Shown here: piece by piece, positions 26,035 through 33,201 of the stretch
Layout of the letters: each line of letters starts with the position of its first letter
Numbering within the stretch: position 1 is the first letter of the stretch
NCBI GenBank assembly: GCA_036388995.1
Contig: DASVQU010000001.1
Coordinates: forward strand, 81-64,080
Length of the DNA stretch: 64,000 bases
Direction of reading: 5' to 3'
DNA from: Pyrinomonadaceae bacterium
GTDB lineage: Bacteria; Acidobacteriota; Blastocatellia; Pyrinomonadales; Pyrinomonadaceae
Translations under genes and position numbers: made by a program
Notes under the pieces: model-generated
What the model saw: only the letters and a program-made list of their open reading frames with translations
Told to the model about the DNA's origin: nothing
The model's database searches: none

Positions 26035-27648
26035 TTAATTTGGCACGAATTCTGCGAGGTTTGCGGCTGCGCCCGCAGCCAAATTTTTGGCGGTTTCCAA
26101 AGCATCTTGTTCCGATTTGTCAATCGAAACGACGACGCGAATCATTGCGCCGTCCGAACGACGCCGGGAAATGCTGTCTAAAACTGTGAAAAACTTGTCT
26201 TTATATTCATTTGCGACAAATCGCCCGCGTCCTTGATACCAGTAAATCATCAAGGCTTTCGACTGGTGATTTTCAATCACGTAATTGTTGGCGACGAATT
26301 TTTGTCCGTCGGGCAAGCTGATTTCGACAGGCAGACTTTCATTCATCGTCCAACCCGAACCGGGCAAGCAGTTGCGCGGGCTATGATAAGTCGCGCCCGT
26401 ACGCTGAGTTTCATAATAACCGATGTAAAGATTCGCGCCTTTGCCTGAAGCCGGAACAAAATAATCGCGCATCAAATAATCGTCCGAGCCGAGAACCGTT
26501 TCGATTTCCGTTTCAAAACGTTGATCTGCGCCGTTTTGCCGCCAGTCGCCGATTTTCGCCGGAAAATCTTTCAAAAGTTTTCTGTCGGGACGAATTTCAC
26601 CTGTCGCTTCCCGCCACTGAATCAGCGAGCCGCCCGCAAGCAAAACCAGCAGCAAAAGCGAGAATTGGAAAGAAGAGGAGAAGAGGAGAAGAGGAGAAGA
26701 GGAACGGAAATCCGGCTTGCTTATCTCTCCCGTTCGCTCGTTCTCCTTTTTTCCCTTTCTCCAGTTTAAATCCAGGATTTTTCCGACGAGCAACAGCAGC
26801 AGCAAAGCCGCGACATAAACCAGCCAGCCGGAAGCGCCGTGCAAAAAGCCCTGCGCGGTTTCGCCGCCGTAGTAATAAGCCAGAATTCCGGTCGCTGCGA
26901 CGCGGACGCCGTTGGTCAAAACCGCAATCGGCAACGCGGCAAGCATTAAAATTGCCGCGCGCCACAAATCAAAACCTTTGAAAGAGGCGAAATTCCTCCG
27001 TCTGCTCGTAAAATAAGCATAAACGAGCGCGAGCGTGACGAGCGTCATCAAAGAGCGAATCCCGCTGCACGCCTCGACGACTTCGAGCCAGATTGATTGC
27101 GATGCGCCGCGCGGCAGCAGTTCGATCACGTTGCCGAATTTCGCCGCCGGAATTCCAAAAAGCCGAATTCCCCAAACCGCCAAATCCGTCGCAAGGAGCT
27201 GAAGCGGAAACGCGATTTTGTTAAATAGAATCGTCGGAATCGGAATCGCCAGCGCGAGCAAAACAAACGGCACGACGAGCTTTTTCAAAATTTCCCAACC
27301 GAAAAAATAAATCGTAATTCCGGCGAGCATCAGCAGGAGCGAAAATCTCTGAGTAAAAAGCTCCGCGCCCAAAATTCCGACGAGCAGAAAAAACATCGCC
27401 GCCAAACAAATCGCGCCGCCCGCGAGAAACGCCGGACGTTTTTCCATTTTTTCCAATTCGTCTTTTTCAAACCAGACGAGAAAACCGATCAAAAACGGAA
27501 TCAAAAGCCCGTGCGAATAGTTTTCGTCCATCCACCAGGTTTGCAGCAACAGCTTTAATGCGGGCGCGTACAAAAACAGCAACGCGGCGGCAAGCAGCAA
27601 AGGCTGCCAAAATCTGGCGAAACTGTTTTTAACCCACGTATTTTGCAT
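26035..27648 (-). CDS. exosortase fused to an EpsI-family domain
   Basis: The N-terminus LLQTWWMDENYSHGLLIPF and a polytopic region (...CSGIRSL...) match the exosortase pattern. The C-terminal about 200 aa match EpsI (GATYHSPRNCLPGSGW, MIYWYQGRGRF). Confidence 0.85.
   Translation of the reverse strand: MQNTWVKNSFARFWQPLLLAAALLFLYAPALKLLLQTWWMDENYSHGLLIPFLIGFLVWFEKDELEKMEKRPAFLAGGAICLAAMFFLLVGILGAELFTQRFSLLLMLAGITIYFFGWEILKKLVVPFVLLALAIPIPTILFNKIAFPLQLLATDLAVWGIRLFGIPAAKFGNVIELLPRGASQSIWLEVVEACSGIRSLMTLVTLALVYAYFTSRRRNFASFKGFDLWRAAILMLAALPIAVLTNGVRVAATGILAYYYGGETAQGFLHGASGWLVYVAALLLLLLVGKILDLNWRKGKKENERTGEISKPDFRSSSPLLLFSSSFQFSLLLLVLLAGGSLIQWREATGEIRPDRKLLKDFPAKIGDWRQNGADQRFETEIETVLGSDDYLMRDYFVPASGKGANLYIGYYETQRTGATYHSPRNCLPGSGWTMNESLPVEISLPDGQKFVANNYVIENHQSKALMIYWYQGRGRFVANEYKDKFFTVLDSISRRRSDGAMIRVVVSIDKSEQDALETAKNLAAGAAANLAEFVPN
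26671..26762. repeat. intragenic, degenerate tandem-repeat-armed hairpin in the exosortase-EpsI linker
   Basis: (AGAAGAGG)x4 at 26671..26702 faces a decayed pyrimidine-rich partner, CCGTTCGCTCGTTCTCCTTTTTTCCCTTTCTCC, at 26729..26762. Encodes KGKKENERTGEISKPDFRSSSPLLLFSSSF. Confidence 0.6.
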
Positions 27649-27770
27649 TGAGCGAGAACTTTTTGGAGTGCGAAAAACTTTAGCAGAAAAGAGCGGACAA
27701 ATCGAGGTGCGAACGGGCGCGAAAACGCCTTCAATAAATAAATTAGCTTATCGCCGACGGTTTCGACAAC

Positions 27771-28661
27771 TTATTTTTTTCTTTCCAAAATAAAATCGGC
27801 AATTTCACGCAAAAGCTCGGTCGGTTTTTGGATTTCGGAAAGCGCGGAAACGCAGTTTCGATGAGTTTCGGCGGCGAGATTTTGCGCCTGCTCCAAACCG
27901 TACAGCGCCGGGTAAGTCGCTTTTTCCGAACGCGCGTCTTTGCCCGGCGTTTTGCCCAAATCCGCCGCCGTTCCGCTCACGTCAAGCAAATCGTCAACAA
28001 TTTGAAACAGCAAGCCGAGCTGTGCCGCGTAAATTGAAACTGCGTCAAGCTCTTTTTCGCTCGCTTCGGCGATAATCGCACCGGCGCGTGCCGAGGCGAC
28101 AATCATCGCGCCGGTCTTCCGTTCGTGAATTCGTTTTAAATCTTCGCCGGAAATATGTTTGCCTTCCGCCGCCAAATCGAAAACCTGACCGGCGACCATT
28201 CCCGCCGGAGTTCCGGCGGCGCGGGCGATTTCGGAAATCATTTTTACGCGCGCTTTCGGCGTTAAATTTTCGTCTTCGGCAATTGTCTGAAAAGCCAGAG
28301 TTTGCAGAGCGTCACCCGCCAAAATCGCGGTTGCTTCGTCAAATTTGACGTGACAAGTCGGCTGCCCGCGCCGAATCGAATCGTCGTCCATTGCCGGAAG
28401 ATCGTCGTGAACGAGCGAATAAGTGTGAATCATTTCGAGAGCCGCCGCAGTTGCCAGCAATTTTTCGGTTGAGGCACCGAAACAATTTCCGACGGCAATC
28501 GTTAACGCCGGACGAAAACGCTTGCCGCCCGCAAACAAGCTCCAGCGAATCGCCGCGTGAAGATTTTTCGGCTCGATTTCGGATTTTGGAACAAGCTCGT
28601 CAAGTTTTTGATTAACAAGCTCACTCGTTTCGGCGAGAAAAATTTTGAGATTCACTTGCAC
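27771..28661 (-). CDS. ispA: (2E,6E)-farnesyl diphosphate synthase / polyprenyl synthetase
   Basis: First and second Asp-rich motifs: LVHDDLPAMDDD and FQIVDDLLD. Confidence 0.85.
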   Translation of the reverse strand: MQVNLKIFLAETSELVNQKLDELVPKSEIEPKNLHAAIRWSLFAGGKRFRPALTIAVGNCFGASTEKLLATAAALEMIHTYSLVHDDLPAMDDDSIRRGQPTCHVKFDEATAILAGDALQTLAFQTIAEDENLTPKARVKMISEIARAAGTPAGMVAGQVFDLAAEGKHISGEDLKRIHERKTGAMIVASARAGAIIAEASEKELDAVSIYAAQLGLLFQIVDDLLDVSGTAADLGKTPGKDARSEKATYPALYGLEQAQNLAAETHRNCVSALSEIQKPTELLREIADFILERKK

Positions 28662-28664
28662 AAC

Positions 28665-28970
28665 CTAAAAAGCGGATTCTTCTTCGTCTTTGTCGAAAAC
28701 AATTCGGCGTTTGACCGTCCGCGCGGGCTTTTCATCCGGCTCGTCGTCTTTTGCGTTGAGAGTTTCCAAAACGGGTTTACCGTCGTCGTCGCGCATTAAA
28801 ATTTCGATTCTGCGTTCGGCTTTGTTTAAGCGCTCCTGACATTCACGCGCGAGTCGGACGCCGTCCTCAAAAAGCTGCAAACTTTCTTCGAGCGGCAATT
28901 CGCCGCGCTCCAATTCGCGGACGATTCGCTCCAAAGCGGCGAGCTGTGTTTCAAAATTCGGTTCGTTCAT
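28665..28970 (-). CDS. xseB: exodeoxyribonuclease VII small subunit
   Basis: FETQLAALERIVRELERGELPLEESLQLFEDGVRLARECQERL is the XseB signature, followed by an acidic C-terminal extension. Confidence 0.85.
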   Translation of the reverse strand: MNEPNFETQLAALERIVRELERGELPLEESLQLFEDGVRLARECQERLNKAERRIEILMRDDDGKPVLETLNAKDDEPDEKPARTVKRRIVFDKDEEESAF

Positions 28971-28978
28971 TATTACTA

Positions 28979-29767
28979 CTATTGCGTGAGCTGTTCGAGC
29001 TGCCGGCGCAAATCTTCAATCGTCTGACGATTCGGCAGACGCGACGCTCCCGGTTTTTTGGCAAGCTCCCGCTGAACAATTTGCCCGACTTCCTGTGCGA
29101 TGCGGTCGGCGAGCGGTTCGTCTTTTACGCCGACGACTTTCCATTTATCGCCGTTTTTCTGCATCGTTAATTCAAGCGGGCGGTTTTGATAATTGCTTTT
29201 CACAATCGCCGTCTCGCCCGTTTGCGAGACTTCAGCAACGCGGTTGAGCGCAACGGTTGTCGCCCACGCCGAAACTTGCGGCAAGCTGGCAGTTTTATTT
29301 TTAATTTGAAGCGGGATTTCCCTCCGCGCCTGTTCTTTGATTGTCGGCAAAACCGGCGTCAGATACTGCCCGATCAACTGTTCGGCGCGTTTGACGGTTT
29401 CGGGCGGAAAACCGCGCGCATAGCGTTCTTTGGCTTTGGCTTCGATTTGCGGAACGAAACTATCAACAACCGCGTTTGAGTCGAGAAACTGGTCAATCTT
29501 CGGCTGATCGTCTTTGCGCGCCGCTTCAATCAGGAGCGCCAGCGAATAAGTTGGTGATTTTTGCAGATTCGACCACCACCAATAACCGCCGATTGCCCCA
29601 ATGACTAAAACAACCGCAAGCAAACCGCCCAAAATCAGCAAAATCTTGCCGCATCCGCCGCGTTTGGCATTAGATGCTCGGCTTTGATTTAAAGGCACGG
29701 ATGCGGGCGCGCCCGGCTGTTGCGAAGGCTCTTCGAGATTGACGACAATGCGGCGATTTTCCGACAT
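28979..29767 (-). CDS. membrane-anchored hypothetical protein
   Basis: 262-aa ORF with one N-proximal TM (ILLILGGLLAVVLVIGAIGGYWWW). Lies between xseB and xseA. Confidence 0.6.
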   Translation of the reverse strand: MSENRRIVVNLEEPSQQPGAPASVPLNQSRASNAKRGGCGKILLILGGLLAVVLVIGAIGGYWWWSNLQKSPTYSLALLIEAARKDDQPKIDQFLDSNAVVDSFVPQIEAKAKERYARGFPPETVKRAEQLIGQYLTPVLPTIKEQARREIPLQIKNKTASLPQVSAWATTVALNRVAEVSQTGETAIVKSNYQNRPLELTMQKNGDKWKVVGVKDEPLADRIAQEVGQIVQRELAKKPGASRLPNRQTIEDLRRQLEQLTQ

Positions 29768-29814
29768 AAAAACAAAATTAAATCACAGATTAACACGCCG
29801 CTTGCTTGGCGTTT

Positions 29815-29849
29815 AATCTCAAATTTGAAATTTCAAATAAAAAATCAAA
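29815..29849. repeat. period-7 A/T-rich array (AATCTCA AATTTGA AATTTCA AATAAAA AATCAAA) containing palindrome TTTGAAATTTCAAA
   Basis: Five heptamers. The xseA stop codon (29845..29847) lies inside the array. Confidence 0.6.
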
Positions 29850-31254
29850 TCTCCGTCGTTTCATTTTCAATAACACGACATTTCAAATTGCCGCGCGCAA
29901 GTTTTAAATTAAAATTTTCTTCCGTTTCGATTTGCGCCGCGTCGCGCAAAATCTCGCCGGTTTCTTTTTGCGCGAGGGCAAAACCGCGCCCTAAAACTGC
30001 AAGCGGCGAAAGCGCGTCGAGCGTTGACGCGGCAAGCCGAAATTTCTCGCTCGAATCAGACATTTTTAATTGAATTGCGGCATTGAGCTGCTGGTGCAAA
30101 GCGCGCAAATTCGATTCGGCACGGACGGCATTTGTTTTCAAAATCGCGGGCGTTAATTTCGCATTTAAAAAATCGAAACGCCGCTGATTTTGTCTGGTTT
30201 TATCAAGGAACAGCGTTTTAAGATGCAGCAAATTCGTTTCGACCATTTGCCTTTTTTCCCGAAACCGAGCCGGAATTTCGGCGAAAATCTGCGCGGCGCG
30301 CAGTTCTTGAAGACGAGATTTTGATTCTAAAATTTTATATTCCATCGCCTGCCGCAAATCTTCCTGCCGTTCAATTAAGAACGCAGCGATTTGCGATTCC
30401 TGCGCGGCGACGATTTCGGCTGCGGCGGAAGGCGTCGGAGCGCGAAAATCGGCGACAAAATCGGCGATTGTAAAATCAACTTCGTGTCCGACGGCGGAAA
30501 TCACCGGAATCAACGAATTGCGAATCGCCCGCGCCACGCGCTCGTCGTTAAACGCCCACAAATCTTCGGTCGAACCGCCGCCGCGCCCGACAATCAAAAC
30601 ATCAATCATCCGCTCGCGGTCGTTTGCCTGCAAAGCGCGAAAATGCTGCTCGTTGGCAAGCTCAATCGCGTCACGAATCTCCTGCGGCGCAGATTCGCCC
30701 TGCACGCGAGTCGGAATCAAAACAATGTCAACCGTTCGAGTGCGGCGCGCGAGAACGTGCAAAATATCGTGAATCGCAGCGCCCTGCGGCGAAGTGACGA
30801 CGCCGATGCGACGCGGAAAAAACGGAAGCTGCCGTTTTAATTCTTCCGCAAATAAACCTTCGCGTTCGAGCTTTTGTTTTAATTGCTCAAAAGCGATTTT
30901 CATCGCGCCTTCGCCGACCGGCTCAAGCGATTCGACCAGAATTTGATATTCGCCTTTCGGCTGGTAAACCGTCAGCTTGCCGGAAACTCTGACCTGCAAA
31001 CCGTCAAACGGCTGAAACCTGATTCGCAAATTCGAGCCACGATAACAAGCCGCCCGCAACTGCGAAAACTCGTCGGAAAGCGTGAAATACCAATGCCCGG
31101 AATTTGCCGCCGCGAAATTGGAAATCTCGCCTTCGACCCAGACGGATTTAAACGAACGCTCGATTACGCTCGAAACTTTCGCCGTCAATTCTGAAACCGA
31201 CAGCGGCTTGCGTTCTTCTTCGTCAAACAGAGATTGCAGCAGCGGACTTTTCAT
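29845..31254 (-). CDS. xseA: exodeoxyribonuclease VII large subunit
   Basis: N-terminal OB fold (LSVSELTAKVSSVIERSFKSVWVEGEISNF), a catalytic region (IGVVTSPQGAAIHDI, VGRGGGSTEDLWAFNDE) and a coiled-coil tail. Confidence 0.9.
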   Translation of the reverse strand: MKSPLLQSLFDEEERKPLSVSELTAKVSSVIERSFKSVWVEGEISNFAAANSGHWYFTLSDEFSQLRAACYRGSNLRIRFQPFDGLQVRVSGKLTVYQPKGEYQILVESLEPVGEGAMKIAFEQLKQKLEREGLFAEELKRQLPFFPRRIGVVTSPQGAAIHDILHVLARRTRTVDIVLIPTRVQGESAPQEIRDAIELANEQHFRALQANDRERMIDVLIVGRGGGSTEDLWAFNDERVARAIRNSLIPVISAVGHEVDFTIADFVADFRAPTPSAAAEIVAAQESQIAAFLIERQEDLRQAMEYKILESKSRLQELRAAQIFAEIPARFREKRQMVETNLLHLKTLFLDKTRQNQRRFDFLNAKLTPAILKTNAVRAESNLRALHQQLNAAIQLKMSDSSEKFRLAASTLDALSPLAVLGRGFALAQKETGEILRDAAQIETEENFNLKLARGNLKCRVIENETTEI

Positions 31255-32105
31255 TCGTGAATAGTAAATCGTAAATCGGGAATCGAGAAAAGCGGAACGT
31301 TTGATTTAAAATCAAAATTTGAGATTAAAAGCTCGCTGCCAAGCTGTTTCGAGTTTTCGGTAACGTTTCGCATTCCATACATCAAATTCCAGGAAACAAT
31401 ATTGGCAAAAGAAAAAAGCTCGCGGACAAACGGCGAATCGTCGTAAGTCAAAAGCCAGCGATGCGAGCATTTTTTCAAATTGGCGGCAAAACGCTCGTGC
31501 TCAAAATTTTTGTGCAATTTGCCGTTTTTGCCATACAAAGCCGAACTCATCGCGCTGAAATACGGCGGATCGAGAAACAAAAACACATCTTCGCCGGGCG
31601 CACTGAGGAGTTCTTCGTAATCAAAATTTGTGATTTTAACATCGCGCAAAACTTCCGGCATTTTTATCAATCGTTCAATGCTCGAATCGGTAAAGCGCAA
31701 ACGGAAGGCTTGTTCGGAAAAACCTCCCGCTTCGGTCGTGCCGGAAAACGTGATTCGATTAAAAACAAAAAATGCGGCGGCAGTTTCGAGCGAATTAAAA
31801 TTTTCTATGTTTGCTCGCAGGAAGCGGTGAAGCTCTTTGCCGTTGGCAAATTCACGTTGCCATTGCCAAATTAACTTGATTAAATTTTCCGAATTGTTTT
31901 GCAATTCGCTCCAAAAAGCTATGAGTTCGGAATATTTGTCGTTTATCCAAAATTTACTGTCGGGATGTTTTTGTCTTAGATGAATAAAAACCGAGCCGCC
32001 GCCGACAAAAGGTTCACGAAATTCCGAAAATGGCGGCAGCAAAGCAGAAATTTTTTCAACCGCGCGACTTTTACCGCCCGGATAACGTAAAGGGCTGCGA
32101 ATCAT
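31251..32105 (-). CDS. Dam-family (D12 class) N6-adenine DNA methyltransferase
   Basis: Motifs PLRYPGGKSR, FREPFVGGGSVF and FLFLDPPY. Its stop overlaps the xseA start (ATGA). Its ATG overlaps the upstream stop (TGATG). Confidence 0.85.
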   Translation of the reverse strand: MIRSPLRYPGGKSRAVEKISALLPPFSEFREPFVGGGSVFIHLRQKHPDSKFWINDKYSELIAFWSELQNNSENLIKLIWQWQREFANGKELHRFLRANIENFNSLETAAAFFVFNRITFSGTTEAGGFSEQAFRLRFTDSSIERLIKMPEVLRDVKITNFDYEELLSAPGEDVFLFLDPPYFSAMSSALYGKNGKLHKNFEHERFAANLKKCSHRWLLTYDDSPFVRELFSFANIVSWNLMYGMRNVTENSKQLGSELLISNFDFKSNVPLFSIPDLRFTIHE

Positions 32106-33199
32106 CAATTCCCTATTCTAACGACAAAATTGTTTTGCCGCGCTTCGGCAAAAAGATTTTGAGTCAATAAAATTTGTCTGGCGTTGAAATTATTCATTTG
32201 GAAAAAGCTGTTTTGTTCTTTCTGCTCATTTTCCGAAGTAATTGAACTAACAAGCGTATTTCCTGTTAATTGTAAAACAGAGCGATGAATATGCCGAACA
32301 TTATCAACCGCAACGTTTTCCAAATTGCTGTAAAGCATCATTTTGACAAGACCGTCTTTAATATCGCTCAAGCTAGGCAAATTCGACGAATTGCTGTGTT
32401 TACTTTCAATCAACTCGGCAATTCCATTTTCAATCTTGATTTCATCAACCGTAAAATAATATTTGCCGCCGAGAAAATTTGTAATTGTAATTTTGGCTTT
32501 TGTCGCAGTCGCTAACAGTTCTTTTGGCTGCAAAGTCGCAAATTCACGCCGCTGCGCTCCAAGCGCTTTTTCGCGCGAGCTTTTTTGAAATGCTTCCAAA
32601 CTTTCTTCAACAACGGCTGCAAATTTTCTTAATCCTTCCGCGCTATGAAGCAGGATTCCGGTTTTCAGCGAAATTTGTTCATAAGCGATTTGAGTTTTCT
32701 TCAAAATCTGCGGCAAATTCGCTAATTCTTTCAGATTCCAATGCAGCGCTGAACTAAAATAATTGCTGATTTCGCTGATTTTATTAATGACGTGAGAATT
32801 ATCAAGTTTTTGATTAGTGATTTTGCCGGCAAGTTTCGGGTGCTTATTCGCGTCCCGCACAAAAGTCAGAATTACATAAACATCAAGCAAGCTCATCAAC
32901 GCGATTGTGTCCCATTGAACAAAATCACGGTCGCCTTTGAGTCCTTCGTCAATTACAACCGGAATTATCGTGAGGCGTTTCGAGGTAGAAAGCGTGTTAT
33001 AGACTCTTTCATAGGGATAAGACCGCGTGCGTTTTGGCGTACGCCATTTGCTGATTGCAAACGAATTCTGAATATTTGTAACGAGACACGAAGCCGGAAT
33101 TTGATTAACGTCAAAATCGCTGAAAGAAATCTGTTTTAGTTGTTTTTGCAAAAGCGGTTGATAGGAAATTCCCTTGACGATTTCGGCGCTAATCTCCAT
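32105..33199 (-). CDS. putative PD-(D/E)XK restriction-endonuclease-like protein (short paralog)
   Basis: Position immediately upstream of, and coupled to, the methyltransferase. Candidate catalytic arrangement is FTVDE...ELIESKH. No family name recognised. Confidence 0.55.
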   Translation of the reverse strand: MEISAEIVKGISYQPLLQKQLKQISFSDFDVNQIPASCLVTNIQNSFAISKWRTPKRTRSYPYERVYNTLSTSKRLTIIPVVIDEGLKGDRDFVQWDTIALMSLLDVYVILTFVRDANKHPKLAGKITNQKLDNSHVINKISEISNYFSSALHWNLKELANLPQILKKTQIAYEQISLKTGILLHSAEGLRKFAAVVEESLEAFQKSSREKALGAQRREFATLQPKELLATATKAKITITNFLGGKYYFTVDEIKIENGIAELIESKHSNSSNLPSLSDIKDGLVKMMLYSNLENVAVDNVRHIHRSVLQLTGNTLVSSITSENEQKEQNSFFQMNNFNARQILLTQNLFAEARQNNFVVRIGN

Positions 33200-33201
33200 C
33201 T

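Noticed and set aside
26036-26051. Sigma54-like -24/-12 element TGGCACGAATTCTGC (GG-N10-GC spacing) on the plus strand
   Set aside because: It lies inside the 3' end of the minus-strand exosortase gene and points toward a region with no plus-strand gene. It is most likely a chance match.
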